The notes beneath the pieces are model-generated. The model made no database searches. It was not told the DNA's origin and was given only the letters and a program-made list of their open reading frames with translations. A stretch of DNA of 64,000 nt from Candidatus Latescibacterota bacterium. GTDB lineage: Bacteria; Latescibacterota; UBA2968. Shown here piece by piece: positions 20,813 to 31,103 of this stretch. The stretch covers positions 1,472,001-1,536,000 of the forward strand of contig OZ242195.1 in assembly GCA_965205975.1 (NCBI GenBank), in the 5' to 3' direction. The translations under genes were made by a program, and so were the position numbers. Within the stretch, counting starts at the first letter, position 1. Every line of letters starts with the position of its first letter.

Positions 20813-21154
20813 CTATGTGTTGAGACTGTTGAGCAATTGCTCAATTCGCGTGCCCTGCGTGATGGAGTCATCCAGAGCGAAAAACAATTCCGGAACATGT
20901 CGCAAATGAACGCGCTGAGCGAGCGCACGACGAAAAAAAGACATTGCGCCCATCAAGCGTTCGAGCACCTGTATTTGCGCTTCAGCCTCCCCCATCACAC
21001 TGACGTAAACCCTCGCTGTGCGCAGATCGCGAGACATCTCAACAGCTGTAATCGTGACTTCTGACAGACCGGGGTCACGAGTTTCCATGTGCAAAATTTC
21101 ACTCAGGGCAACCTGAATGGCTTTTCCCACACTTTCTGGCCGATAAGATGGCAT
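20813..21154 (-). CDS. rbfA: Ribosome-binding factor A
   Basis: VTITAVEMSRDLRTARVYVS, LRHVPELFFALD. Located between infB and truB. Confidence 0.95.
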   Translation of the reverse strand: MPSYRPESVGKAIQVALSEILHMETRDPGLSEVTITAVEMSRDLRTARVYVSVMGEAEAQIQVLERLMGAMSFFRRALAQRVHLRHVPELFFALDDSITQGTRIEQLLNSLNT

Positions 21155-21155
21155 G

Positions 21156-21437
21156 TCAGAGCAACTCCAGCGAATAGTCCATCAAAATAAGGCGATCTTC
21201 GCGCTCGATTAAATCAACCACCTTTGACAACACCTGATTGGCATACCGCGAGTCGTTGGCAACTATTGCGATACCCAACTGTGCCCTTTGCCAGCGATCA
21301 TTGTCGCCCAGTTCAGAAACAGAGACATTGAATTTGTTGCGTGCGCGCGTCGTGATGCTCTTGAGCACGCTGCGTTTTTGTTTCAGCGAGGCGCATTCGG
21401 GTAAATACAGGTCGATATGACAAAAACCAATGGTCAT
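21156..21437 (-). CDS. DUF503 family protein (YlxP-like)
   Basis: SLKQKRSVLKS, KFNVSVSE, WQRAQLG. Conserved position between infB and rbfA. Confidence 0.9.
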   Translation of the reverse strand: MTIGFCHIDLYLPECASLKQKRSVLKSITTRARNKFNVSVSELGDNDRWQRAQLGIAIVANDSRYANQVLSKVVDLIEREDRLILMDYSLELL

Positions 21438-23869
21438 TAGATCGTGCGAGTAGTTTCAACGCGTTCGTAAGTCTCAATGACATCGCCGACTTTGACATCG
21501 TTAAAATTTTCGATACCAATGCCGCATTCAAAGCCATTTTGCACCTCGCGAACATCATCTTTAAAACGCCGCAAAGATCCAATACGGCCTTCGTAAATAA
21601 CAACACCATCGCGCAAAACGCGCGCATTAGTCGTGCGGTGGATAAGCCCTTGAGAAACCAGGCAGCCGGCAATTGTACCAACGCGCGGCACCTGGAAAAG
21701 CTCGCGTACCTGCGCTTCTCCCTGCACATTTTCTTCAATTCTGGGTGCCAACAACCCGGAAAGGGCAGCGCGAATATCTTCGACTACTTCGTAAATCACG
21801 CGATACAAACGAATATCAACGCGTTCTCGTGCCGCAACTTCTCTTGCATTTGCATCGGGACGCACATTAAATCCGATAATGATGGCATCTGAGGCGGATG
21901 CGAGCAGGATGTCAGATTCGGAGATCGCACCCACAGCGCGGTGAATCACCGATAGCTGCACTTCTTCGTGCTCAATTTGCAATAGCGCGTCTTGCAAAGC
22001 CTCGACAGACCCATCGACATCGCCTTTGATAATCAGGCGCAATTCTTCCATATTGCCCGTCTCAATTTGGTTGTGAATGTCGGACAATGATACGCGGCGC
22101 ACTCGATGAAATTCTTGTTCGCGCCTGAGTTGCTGCCGTTTTTGGCTGATATCGCGCGCTTCGCGCTCATTTTCAACGACGTGAAATGTATCCCCTGCCT
22201 GAGGCAATCCCGCTAGACCGAGAACCTGAACCGGACGAGAGGGACCAGCCGTTACCACGGATAGACCGCGTTCGTCGAGCATTGCGCGGACGCGTCCACT
22301 GAACATGCCCGTAATAAAAGGATCACCCACTTGTAGCCTGCCCTCTTGCACGAGCACTGTGGCGATATTTCCTCGTCCTCGGTCGAGTTTTGATTCTACA
22401 ATGGTACCTTTGGCGCGTTTATCTGGATCTGCCGTAAGTTCGAGCATTTCTGTTTCAAGAGCCAATAGCTCGAGCAGAGCATCGACATTCTGCCCTGTTT
22501 TAGCGGAAATTTCGCAAACTTGAACACTACCGCCATAATCTTCTACGACGACATTGTGCTCAGTCAGCTCCCGTTTGATTTTATCGGGATCGGCGGTGGG
22601 CAAGTCGATTTTGTTTACTGCAACGACCAGGGGTACATTGGCCGCTTTGGCATGATCAATGGCTTCTACTGTCTGTGGCATCACACTATCATCTGCCGCC
22701 ACTATCAGAACGACGACATCGGTTACACTGGCACCTCTGGCACGCATCGCCGTAAAAGCTTCGTGCCCGGGCGTATCGAGAAAACATATTTCACGACCAT
22801 TACCGAGTTCAACGTGATACGCACCAATATGCTGCGTAATGCCACCGGCTTCACCTTCCATCACATTGGTCTCTCGAATATAATCCAAAAGAGATGTTTT
22901 GCCGTGATCCACATGTCCCATAATTGTCACTACCGGGGGTCTTGGTTTTAGACTCTCATCAGATGTTTCTACCTCCGCATTTTCCAATATCTCTTCGCCG
23001 TATTCTTCAAGTTGCTCAATGCCAAAACCAAATTCATCGGCAACAAGCGTGATGGTATCCATATCAAGACGCTGGTTGATGGTCGCTACCATGCCGAGTT
23101 TGAGACATTGTGTGATGACTTCTGTGGGGCGCACATCCATCTGAGAAGCGAGTTCGCCAATGGTTGTAAACTCATTGACTTTGAGAACTTGTCCGTCTGC
23201 GGTTTCGTCTTCTGGCTCTTCACTGTCTTGACGACGGCGACGGCGCACCCGTGATGGTGCTCCACCACTCGACATTTGCGCCCGTGTGCGACGCACATTT
23301 TCTAATACTTCGCGCTCATCAACGACAGGGCGCTTACGCCTGCGGCGACGTTTTCTTGGAGACCGCGTGCTGCTTTTCTTTACCTGTACGGGCTTTTCTT
23401 CAGACTTGGCTTTGTCCTGAACTACGGGTTTTTCTTCTTTGGTTTTTGGCGCTTTTGTTTCGGGTTCCTGCACCGGTGTCTGACTGACATCTTCTACGAC
23501 AACAGTTGGATAATCTGTTCGGCGTCTTCTGCGCCGCGGGCGTTGCCTTCTCTCGCCGCGGGTCTCAGTCTTTTCATCAGACTGAGCAGAACGAGCCCGG
23601 CTCACGCGAGGCTTTTGCACCTGACTTTCGCGTTCTTTTCTTTCATCATCCTTGCGTCTGAGTTTTCGCCGCGTCGCCTGGCGTTCTGAATCAAATTTCT
23701 CTTGCACTGCCTCGACCATTGCAGTCGTACAGACCGCCATGTGATTTTTGACTTCAAAACCAAGGCTTCTAATCTGCTCAACCATTGCGACGCTCGACAA
23801 ATTGAATTCGCGCGCAATCTCGTAAACTCGTTTTTTCTTAGCTATCGTTTTACCTTTTGTTTTCGCCAA
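21437..23869 (-). CDS. infB: Translation initiation factor IF-2
   Basis: [27 protein letters not shown] start at 23869 after GGAGGTGA. Confidence 0.98.
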   Translation of the reverse strand: MAKTKGKTIAKKKRVYEIAREFNLSSVAMVEQIRSLGFEVKNHMAVCTTAMVEAVQEKFDSERQATRRKLRRKDDERKERESQVQKPRVSRARSAQSDEKTETRGERRQRPRRRRRRTDYPTVVVEDVSQTPVQEPETKAPKTKEEKPVVQDKAKSEEKPVQVKKSSTRSPRKRRRRRKRPVVDEREVLENVRRTRAQMSSGGAPSRVRRRRRQDSEEPEDETADGQVLKVNEFTTIGELASQMDVRPTEVITQCLKLGMVATINQRLDMDTITLVADEFGFGIEQLEEYGEEILENAEVETSDESLKPRPPVVTIMGHVDHGKTSLLDYIRETNVMEGEAGGITQHIGAYHVELGNGREICFLDTPGHEAFTAMRARGASVTDVVVLIVAADDSVMPQTVEAIDHAKAANVPLVVAVNKIDLPTADPDKIKRELTEHNVVVEDYGGSVQVCEISAKTGQNVDALLELLALETEMLELTADPDKRAKGTIVESKLDRGRGNIATVLVQEGRLQVGDPFITGMFSGRVRAMLDERGLSVVTAGPSRPVQVLGLAGLPQAGDTFHVVENEREARDISQKRQQLRREQEFHRVRRVSLSDIHNQIETGNMEELRLIIKGDVDGSVEALQDALLQIEHEEVQLSVIHRAVGAISESDILLASASDAIIIGFNVRPDANAREVAARERVDIRLYRVIYEVVEDIRAALSGLLAPRIEENVQGEAQVRELFQVPRVGTIAGCLVSQGLIHRTTNARVLRDGVVIYEGRIGSLRRFKDDVREVQNGFECGIGIENFNDVKVGDVIETYERVETTRTI

Positions 23870-23884
23870 TAGGCTCACCTCCAA

Positions 23885-25192
23885 TCATTTATCCGTTGCT
23901 TCTGTTTGCAAACGCGCTTGTTCTTCGCGGTAAGCAGATACTTTGTCATCAACAATTCCCTGCGCGGTCTCTTGCAACTTCTCAGCCGTCGTTTCACCTA
24001 TACCAGGCACCTTGAGCAACGTATTTAAGGATACACGGACGAGGTCGTTGGCAGACAAAATACCCGCGGCCTCAAGACGATTTCGCGTCACTTGACCCGT
24101 GCCGGGAACTTCGACCAATGGCACTGTCGTGGCCTGGCGTTCGGTTAGTATTTCCTCATAACGTGTTTCCGTCATGATATCGACATGCCAGCCAGTCAAC
24201 TGCGATGCCAAACGGGCGTTCTGTCCCTCTTTGCCAATAGCCAGCGAAAGCTGATCATCATCGACTATGGCCGACATGCGTTTTTCGCGCCGGTCAATCA
24301 CCACGCGACGGACTGTGGCAGGATTCAAAGCACGCGACAAAAAGATCGCTTCGTCGTCACTCCAGGGAACAATATCTATGCGTTCACTGCTCAACTCGCG
24401 CACCACAGCCTGTACACGCGAACCTTTCATACCCACGCAAGCACCTACGGGATCTATACGCGCATCATTGGAGTAAACAGCAATTTTGGCCCGCACACCT
24501 GGTTCGCGCGAAACGGCCTTAATTTCGATAACACCTTCATAAATTTCAGGAACTTCAAGCTGGAAGAGCTTTTCGAGAAATACCGGATGTGTGCGACTCA
24601 ACACCACCTGGGGGCCTTTGGCTGTACGCAAAACATCGAGCAAGTAAGCCCGAATTGGATCTCCCTGTCGATAGCGTTCCTTTCTGATTTGCTCCTTAAG
24701 CGGAATAATCGCTTCTGTTCGCCCCAGATTGATCAGAATATCCCCCCGACTGATTTGCTGCACGGTTCCCGAAACAATCTCTCCGATGCGCCCCTGATAA
24801 TCTTCGTAGATTTTCTCGCGCTCGGCTTCCCTGACCCGTTGGACGAGTACCTGCCTTGTCGTTTGAATCGCATTGCGCCCAAAATCGTCAAAATTGAGGC
24901 GGAATCTCACTTCCCCGCCGACCTTCGCATCTGTGTCTGCTTTTCGCGCTTGTGTCACGCCAATTTGGATTCCCGGATCTTCTACCGAGTCGTCGGCAAC
25001 AATTTCTTTGACCGCTTCAACGACAATCTCTCCGGAGTTATTGTCGAAGTTGACTTCCACATTGTCTCCGGTTCCAAACCGCTTTTTTGCCGCAGAGATT
25101 AATCCCATTTCAAGGGTTTCGATAATCATGTCTCGGTTGACATTTTTTTCCTGGGCAATTTGCCTTAACGCTTCGAGAACTTCGTAATTCAA
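23885..25192 (-). CDS. nusA: Transcription termination factor NusA
   Basis: FGRNAIQ, DPVGACVGMKGSRV, LSLAIGKEGQNARLA, C-terminal HhH repeats. TTG start at 25192 after GAGGAG. Confidence 0.97.
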   Translation of the reverse strand: MNYEVLEALRQIAQEKNVNRDMIIETLEMGLISAAKKRFGTGDNVEVNFDNNSGEIVVEAVKEIVADDSVEDPGIQIGVTQARKADTDAKVGGEVRFRLNFDDFGRNAIQTTRQVLVQRVREAEREKIYEDYQGRIGEIVSGTVQQISRGDILINLGRTEAIIPLKEQIRKERYRQGDPIRAYLLDVLRTAKGPQVVLSRTHPVFLEKLFQLEVPEIYEGVIEIKAVSREPGVRAKIAVYSNDARIDPVGACVGMKGSRVQAVVRELSSERIDIVPWSDDEAIFLSRALNPATVRRVVIDRREKRMSAIVDDDQLSLAIGKEGQNARLASQLTGWHVDIMTETRYEEILTERQATTVPLVEVPGTGQVTRNRLEAAGILSANDLVRVSLNTLLKVPGIGETTAEKLQETAQGIVDDKVSAYREEQARLQTEATDK

Positions 25193-25212
25193 GTGAGGAT
25201 CCTCCTCAACCA

Positions 25213-25653
25213 TTACAACTTAAAATGCACAGTGGCTTTCTGAATTTTTTTGCGTTCAATAATGGTTCGTTCACCTTGTAACTCGACATCGAGATGATCA
25301 GCTTTGACCAGTAAGAGCGTTCCGACCACAACCCCCAGGCCATCTACAACAAGGCGAAGTGCTTTACCAACTACCCGCTCAAAATCTCGGTCTGTCTTTA
25401 AGGGCCGCGTCAAACCAGGAGATGAAACTTCGAGCAGATATGTGCCATCAATCGGATCGCGCGTATCCAACATATCTGCAATATCCCGACTGAGCGTAGC
25501 ACATTCGTCAACTGTAATTCCATCGGGACGATCGACAAAGATGCGTACGATTTGCCGTCTATGGTTGCCAGAAACCGCTAACTCAACTAAATCGACATTC
25601 CGACGCTTGAGAAGCGGAAGAATCAGCTGGGTCAGGGTGTCTTTGATAAGCAT
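25213..25653 (-). CDS. rimP: Ribosome maturation factor RimP
   Basis: GITVDECATLSR, YLLEVSSPGLTRPL. Confidence 0.95.
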   Translation of the reverse strand: MLIKDTLTQLILPLLKRRNVDLVELAVSGNHRRQIVRIFVDRPDGITVDECATLSRDIADMLDTRDPIDGTYLLEVSSPGLTRPLKTDRDFERVVGKALRLVVDGLGVVVGTLLLVKADHLDVELQGERTIIERKKIQKATVHFKL

Positions 25654-25738
25654 TGGATAACTCAAGACTGCCGCTTTTTTGGAAACTGATGGCTATGCCT
25701 TACAGTAGGCCTAGCGGTTCTAACTACCCCCATATACT

Positions 25739-25764
25739 CAAAAGAGTGGGCAGAAGCCCACTCT
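25739..25764 (-). promoter_or_regulatory. rimP-leader-like terminator/attenuator hairpin
   Basis: Minus strand AGAGTGGGC-TTCT-GCCCACTCT-TTT, about 90 nt upstream of rimP. Confidence 0.7.
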
Positions 25765-25778
25765 ATAATCAGAAACTA

Positions 25779-25807
25779 AATATAGAAAATTATATAGTAT
25801 AACGCAA
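25779..25807 (-). promoter_or_regulatory. Putative sigma70 promoter of the rimP-nusA-infB operon
   Basis: Minus strand TTGCGT-N17-TATATT, directly upstream of the leader hairpin. Confidence 0.55.
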
Positions 25808-25810
25808 GTT

Positions 25811-26188
25811 TTATTTCCCTGCATTCGATGTCTTATCCCCTTCCATCAGTTGCTTGAGCTCGACCAACATTCGCTGTAATTCAACCAGTGGATTTTCAAT
25901 ATTAGACGTCGCGCCTTCAATACTCTGGTTTTCCCATAAACTGCGGTCTATCTTCAGCCTTTCAACCGCCCCTTGAATCGTGTATTTCTGGCCGTAGAGC
26001 AAGTCCTTAATAGCCAAAACGACCTTGATATTTCGCTCTGTGTACGTGCGATTGCCCGATCGACCACGTCTGGGATTCAGTTGAGAAAATTCCTTCTCCC
26101 AAAACCGCAGGACATGAGATTCTACGCCAGTGAGTTCCGATACCTCGCGTATCGAATAATAGAGCTTTTTGATACCAGTCGAACGCAT
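25811..26188 (-). CDS. MerR-family DNA-binding protein (ZapT-like subfamily)
   Basis: KLYYSIREVSELTGVESHVLRFWEKEF..L.P.R...GNRTY...IKDLLY..KYTIQGA. No effector-binding cysteines. Confidence 0.85.
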   Translation of the reverse strand: MRSTGIKKLYYSIREVSELTGVESHVLRFWEKEFSQLNPRRGRSGNRTYTERNIKVVLAIKDLLYGQKYTIQGAVERLKIDRSLWENQSIEGATSNIENPLVELQRMLVELKQLMEGDKTSNAGK

Positions 26189-26193
26189 AAATA

Positions 26194-27498
26194 TCACTTC
26201 TTTTTGAATAAGATGCGGATGGGTGTGCCCAAAAAGTCAAACGCCTGTCTGAGTCTGCGCTCTAAAAACCGGCGGTAGTGTACGGGAACATCTTTGGGAC
26301 GCCCGGTAAAAAAGAGAATGGTTGGCGGTGCACTGCGCGGCATAACGCAGAAAGACATGCGAAAGACCCGTCCATTCTTGGTAGGCGGCGCCGTTGTTGA
26401 ATTGAGATGCGTCAAAAAGTCGTTCAAATCGCCCGTTGAAATGCGATGGCGACGTTTCAGTGCCACATCTAAAGCCAGATCAATAACGCGCCAGGCGCGT
26501 TGTCCTGTAAGCGCCGAGAGAAAAACAATGGGATAGTTTTCGAAGTGTACAAAGCGCGAGCGAATTTGTTGAGCTATTTTATCGGCTGTGTGGCCGTCTT
26601 TTTTGATCAGGTCCCATTTGTTAATGCCTAAGATCAGCCCTTTGCCCAGAGCAATAGCGCGTTCTGAAATTTTGACATCCTGTACTGTACATCCTTCCTC
26701 TGCATCAACCAACACAATCGCCACATCGGATCGCTCAAGGCTTTCTACAGTACGGAGCGAACTGTAAAAATCGACTTGCTCTTTGACGCGTGTCCGCCGC
26801 CTCAAACCCGCTGTGTCAACAAGAACAAATGGCCGTCCATTGCGTTCCATCGAGAGGTCAATCGCATCGCGAGTCGTTCCTGGAATCTCGCTCACCACCA
26901 CCCGATCCTGCCCCAGCAGACGATTCACAAAGGTAGATTTCCCCATGTTCGGACGGCCCAATACCGCGATTCGAGGGGGCAATTCTTCTTGTGAGTCGCC
27001 TTCTTCTGCTGGCAAACATGTGAGGATTTCATCTAGCAAGTCACCCGATTGCCGTCCATTGATAGCAGAAACGCACAGCGGATCGCCCAAGGCAAGACCG
27101 TAAAAAGCCGCGCCATCAGCTTCGTTCTCATCTTTATCGACTTTGTTGACAATCAGCCGGTAAGCCGCGCCCGAATCGCGGATCTTGCGCGCCATAATTG
27201 CGTCGTAATCCGTAGGGCCAGTCACTGCATCTACCACAAAGAGCAACAGGTCTGCTTCCCCCAAAGCGAGCTCGACCTGCCGGGAAACCAGATCGGCCAT
27301 TATTTCGTCTGAATTGGGCACATATCCGCCCGTATCGACCAGCGTAAACGCTCTGCCATTCCAGGTACACTGGGCATAATTGCGATCGCGCGTAACACCG
27401 GGAAAGTCATCTACCACAGCTTTGCGCTCGCCAATTAGCCGATTAAAGAGTGTTGACTTGCCGACATTTGGCCGTCCTACAATCGCCACGACGCCCAT
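26194..27498 (-). CDS. der: Ribosome biogenesis GTPase Der
   Basis: Tandem G domains GRPNVGKS/DTGG/NKVD and GRPNMGKS/DTAG/NKWD. Confidence 0.97.
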   Translation of the reverse strand: MGVVAIVGRPNVGKSTLFNRLIGERKAVVDDFPGVTRDRNYAQCTWNGRAFTLVDTGGYVPNSDEIMADLVSRQVELALGEADLLLFVVDAVTGPTDYDAIMARKIRDSGAAYRLIVNKVDKDENEADGAAFYGLALGDPLCVSAINGRQSGDLLDEILTCLPAEEGDSQEELPPRIAVLGRPNMGKSTFVNRLLGQDRVVVSEIPGTTRDAIDLSMERNGRPFVLVDTAGLRRRTRVKEQVDFYSSLRTVESLERSDVAIVLVDAEEGCTVQDVKISERAIALGKGLILGINKWDLIKKDGHTADKIAQQIRSRFVHFENYPIVFLSALTGQRAWRVIDLALDVALKRRHRISTGDLNDFLTHLNSTTAPPTKNGRVFRMSFCVMPRSAPPTILFFTGRPKDVPVHYRRFLERRLRQAFDFLGTPIRILFKKK

Positions 27499-27501
27499 CG
27501 C

Positions 27502-28926
27502 CTAATTCTCCATCTGATGTGATGCAATATACGGGTGCGCCACAATCTCATTGCCTGCCCCCACAACAGCAGACACTCCCCAGACGGCATTTTGAATGGT
27601 CTCCACCAGATCGTAAGTACCCACAATGATCCGACAGCCCACCTCTTGCACCAGGTCTTCAAGCAAAAGGTCATCTAAAAATAACCCATTATGATTTAAG
27701 CAGTTGGGAGGTAAAAGAACAGTCTCATCGCTCCTGACAGAGGCCCCTGTCAGGGCGCGACCAATATCATTGCCCGATAGCAACCCAGAAACCGTTATAC
27801 CTTCGCCAAGAAAGCGATTGACCACAGGTACAACGCGGGCATTAATCCAGGAAATACGGTTCAAGCGTTTGACCATTACATCTAAAAAATGCGTACCCAA
27901 CATACCCGTTACAAGAACAAAACGCTGCGGTGGTAATGCTAAATTCTCGAGTTCCTCAATCCGATTTTCAAATCCATCGACAAAGCGGCGAACCATGCCA
28001 ATTCCATTTTCGACGAGTGGAAACCCATCGTATTCAGATTGTGGAGGCACAGATTGGTCCGTCAGTAAATACATTTCATCGCCCAAATACACAAAGCGCG
28101 TACCCAGGCGTTTTTTTAGCATACTCTGCCACGCTGTTACCTGGCGAATTGCCAGGGCTGCATCGGCTTGTGTCACGCGGTTCAAGCTGGGGAGATTCTT
28201 GCGAAATTTTGTCAAGCCCAGTGGCACAACCCCCACGGATTCAACGCGCGGATGACGCGCAGCAAGATCAAAAACCGTCTGTTTAAGTGCTTGACCATCG
28301 TTGATACCCGGGCACAAGACTACTTGCGCATGCATCTGAATTCCATGCAGGGCTAAGATATCAATCCTATCCAAAACAGGTGTTGCCCGTCTGCGACCAA
28401 GCAACTCGGCTCGCAATTTGGGATCTGTTGCGTGAACCGAGATGTACATTGGACTCAGTTTTTGGTCAATAATACGCTGAAATTCATCCTCAGATAGGTT
28501 AGTCAGCGTGACATAAGCCCCGTGCAGAAAAGACAATCGATAGTCGTCATCCTGGTAATATAGGGTTTTACGCAGACCTTTGGGCATCTGATGCAAAAAG
28601 CAAAAAACGCACTTATTATCGCATTTGAGAATGGGCATGTCTTCAAAATCCACGCCCAGATCGTCTTCAATATCTTTTTCAATCTCAAATAAAAATCGAT
28701 CCCCACCTCGCCGCACCAAAGCCGACACATCTTCTTCACCCATGTAAAAACGGTAATCAATGGGATCGCGCACGGGGTGTCCATTGATGGTTTCTAAGAC
28801 ATCGCCGCGCTGCAACCCAATTGCTTCTCCAATCCCATCGGGATGTACCAAACGGATTTGCAAACCGGTATCAACGCTTTCAACACTGCGCCGTCCCTCG
28901 ACCTGCGCTCCTTTTATAACATCCAT
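27502..28926 (-). CDS. DUF512 / PDZ-containing putative radical SAM protein
   Basis: CDNKCVFCF (CxxxCxxC), DDDYRLSFLHG, VVLCPGINDG, ENGIG. Located upstream of der. Confidence 0.9.
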   Translation of the reverse strand: MDVIKGAQVEGRRSVESVDTGLQIRLVHPDGIGEAIGLQRGDVLETINGHPVRDPIDYRFYMGEEDVSALVRRGGDRFLFEIEKDIEDDLGVDFEDMPILKCDNKCVFCFLHQMPKGLRKTLYYQDDDYRLSFLHGAYVTLTNLSEDEFQRIIDQKLSPMYISVHATDPKLRAELLGRRRATPVLDRIDILALHGIQMHAQVVLCPGINDGQALKQTVFDLAARHPRVESVGVVPLGLTKFRKNLPSLNRVTQADAALAIRQVTAWQSMLKKRLGTRFVYLGDEMYLLTDQSVPPQSEYDGFPLVENGIGMVRRFVDGFENRIEELENLALPPQRFVLVTGMLGTHFLDVMVKRLNRISWINARVVPVVNRFLGEGITVSGLLSGNDIGRALTGASVRSDETVLLPPNCLNHNGLFLDDLLLEDLVQEVGCRIIVGTYDLVETIQNAVWGVSAVVGAGNEIVAHPYIASHQMEN

Positions 28927-29141
28927 TTCAATTCCAGTAATTGATTGTTAGACAATACAATATTTCAATAACTTATAAGTATCTATGAATCATTGAAAAC
29001 TTACGATAAAGCAAAATTAAGGTCAAGAGAAAAGCCGACTTCCAGCGATATAATATCTGACAAGTTCGGAATATCTCTTTATCTTGAATACCATCAAAAT
29101 ACAGAAAAAGATTCTCCAGTCAACATAGGAGGACACACCTT

Positions 29142-29834
29142 ATGCCCGCCCCCCCACGCATTTCAGTTATTATTCCGGTTTTTAACGAGCAGGATGCCAT
29201 AGAAAAAGTAATTGGTGACATTCCCAGTAATTTACCCACCGAAATCATCGTCGTCGATAATGGGTCAACCGACCAAACAGCAAAATTAGCCGCCGCAATG
29301 GGCGCACGTATTGTTCGAGAAAATCGCCGTGGATACGGTTCTGCCTGCCTCGCGGGCATAGCAGCAACCAATGACCCCGACATCGTCGTCTTTCTCGATG
29401 GCGACTACAGCGATCACCCCAACGAAATGCCAGACCTGATTGCGCCCATCCTGGAAAACCGAGCCGATCTCGTGATAGGCTCGCGAGTTCTGGGCAATAG
29501 TGAACCCGGTGCGCTGATGATTCAGGCGCGCTTTGGCAACCGTCTGGCCACCAGCCTCATCAAAATTCTCTTTGGCGTATCCTATACAGACCTGGGACCT
29601 TTTCGGGCGATTCGCTATCTGGCACTCTTGGACTTAAATATGCGGGATAAGACTTTTGGATGGACAGTAGAAATGCAGGTCAAGGCGGCAAAACAGGCGT
29701 TAAAAATACAAGAAGTGCCAGTAAGTTATAGAAAACGCATCGGCGTTTCCAAAATTACCGGCACTCTAAAAGGCACCCTCAAGGCAGGGTGGAAAATTTT
29801 ATTTACAATTTTTATGTATTGGTTGACGAAGTGA
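29142..29834 (+). CDS. Glycosyltransferase family 2 (DPM1-like)
   Basis: VIIPVFNE, VVDNGSTD, FLDGDYSD, YTDLGPFR. Confidence 0.92.
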   Translation: MPAPPRISVIIPVFNEQDAIEKVIGDIPSNLPTEIIVVDNGSTDQTAKLAAAMGARIVRENRRGYGSACLAGIAATNDPDIVVFLDGDYSDHPNEMPDLIAPILENRADLVIGSRVLGNSEPGALMIQARFGNRLATSLIKILFGVSYTDLGPFRAIRYLALLDLNMRDKTFGWTVEMQVKAAKQALKIQEVPVSYRKRIGVSKITGTLKGTLKAGWKILFTIFMYWLTK

Positions 29835-29863
29835 AACGTAAAAGCGTCATCATCTCCCGCTTC

Positions 29864-30160
29864 TCATTTTTTTGAGTCATCTATATGCTGCGCCAAACGC
29901 CTTAGCGCTTCGTCCATGCGAATGTGGGCGTCTCGACGCCGAGTCCGTTGGCGCGCAATTTGATCGGCAATATCAAACGCAGCCATCAGTGCAATACGGG
30001 TGGTATCACCCGTATTTTCAGTCTCGGCAATCTGGTGCATCTTTTGATTGACAAAATTTGAAATTTTAGAGGTGTATTCCTCCGACTCCTCACTGCTAAG
30101 TACATACTCAGAGCCAAAGATCGTCACCTTCGTCTTATGTAAATCATCAGAATGGGACAT
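29864..30160 (-). CDS. zapA: Cell division protein ZapA
   Basis: KVTIFGSEYVL, VNQKMHQI, RIALMAAFDIAD, C-terminal coiled coil. Confidence 0.8.
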   Translation of the reverse strand: MSHSDDLHKTKVTIFGSEYVLSSEESEEYTSKISNFVNQKMHQIAETENTGDTTRIALMAAFDIADQIARQRTRRRDAHIRMDEALRRLAQHIDDSKK

Positions 30161-30164
30161 AATT

Positions 30165-30188
30165 AGTTGTCAGTTGTCGGTTGTCAGT
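30165..30188. repeat. Heptamer tandem repeat (AGTTGTC)x3
   Basis: agttgtc agttgtc ggttgtc agt, abutting the zapA start. Confidence 0.75.
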
Positions 30189-30224
30189 CTCTACTCTACC
30201 ACCCAACCACCAGCCCCCAGCCTG

Positions 30225-30476
30225 TCACGGCTTTGCCACAAGGTCCATGCGAACCACGCCATCAGTAGCGGGCACTTCCAATTCCACGATCCACCCTTTG
30301 ACAACCTCACCTCTCACAACAATTTCTTTGGCTTCTTTAGAGAGGATCTTGGCATCTTCTGATACGCGCGCCAGCGCGTGACACTTGTCATCATCCACAC
30401 AGAAATAACGCTGAATTCGCGCTTCGGGCATTCCTCCAAGTCTGGGACATTCGGCTTCGAGTTTTTCTTCGCTCAT
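30225..30476 (-). CDS. Hypothetical protein, 83 aa
   Basis: ATG-started ORF MSEEKLEAECP... that fills the nadD-zapA gap on the operon strand. Confidence 0.6.
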   Translation of the reverse strand: MSEEKLEAECPRLGGMPEARIQRYFCVDDDKCHALARVSEDAKILSKEAKEIVVRGEVVKGWIVELEVPATDGVVRMDLVAKP

Positions 30477-30510
30477 AACAAAACCCGTCGAAAGTTGTGG
30501 GTCTCTATCC

Positions 30511-31092
30511 CTAAAGATATAACCCATGGGTTCTAATATAATCTGCGACAGCGTCGGGAACCAAAAAAGAAATCGGTTTTCTGTTGCGTACGCGTTCTCT
30601 AATCGCCGTTGACGATATATCCAGCAGAGGCGTTTCAATAAACTGCATCCTGGATTTGAAAGCGGGATCAACGCGCGCGCGCTCAAACCCCGGGCGTTCA
30701 GCCACGAGCACATGGGCTAAATTCAACACGCCTGTGGGGTCAAACCAGTCGCCCATTTCAACGGCATTATCGGCACCAATGATCAAAAATATCTTTGTGT
30801 CCTCATCCACATTCCTGCGCAAATGACGCAAGGTATCAATCGTATAAGATTTCCCGGAGCGCGACAACTCGAATCGACTCAGTTCAAACCCCGGATAATC
30901 GCGCACAGCCAGGCTGACCATCATCGCGCGGTCTTCGGCCGAAGTCATAGTGTGTTTGAGCGGAGGGTCGCCCGACGGCATAAACACAACCCGATCGAGC
31001 GCGCATTGGAGCATAATTTCCTGCCCGATAATTAAATGCCCGATGTGAATGGGGTCAAATGTCCCGCCGAAAATGCCAACGCGCTTTGTCAT
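30511..31092 (-). CDS. nadD: Nicotinate-nucleotide adenylyltransferase
   Basis: GIFGGTFDPIHIGH, SYTIDTL, IIGAD, ISSTAIR. Confidence 0.96.
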   Translation of the reverse strand: MTKRVGIFGGTFDPIHIGHLIIGQEIMLQCALDRVVFMPSGDPPLKHTMTSAEDRAMMVSLAVRDYPGFELSRFELSRSGKSYTIDTLRHLRRNVDEDTKIFLIIGADNAVEMGDWFDPTGVLNLAHVLVAERPGFERARVDPAFKSRMQFIETPLLDISSTAIRERVRNRKPISFLVPDAVADYIRTHGLYL

Positions 31093-31103
31093 CCTAAGGT
31101 TTT

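Noticed and set aside
29835..29863. 6S RNA downstream of zapA
   Set aside because: Only 29 nt separate zapA from the convergent glycosyltransferase.
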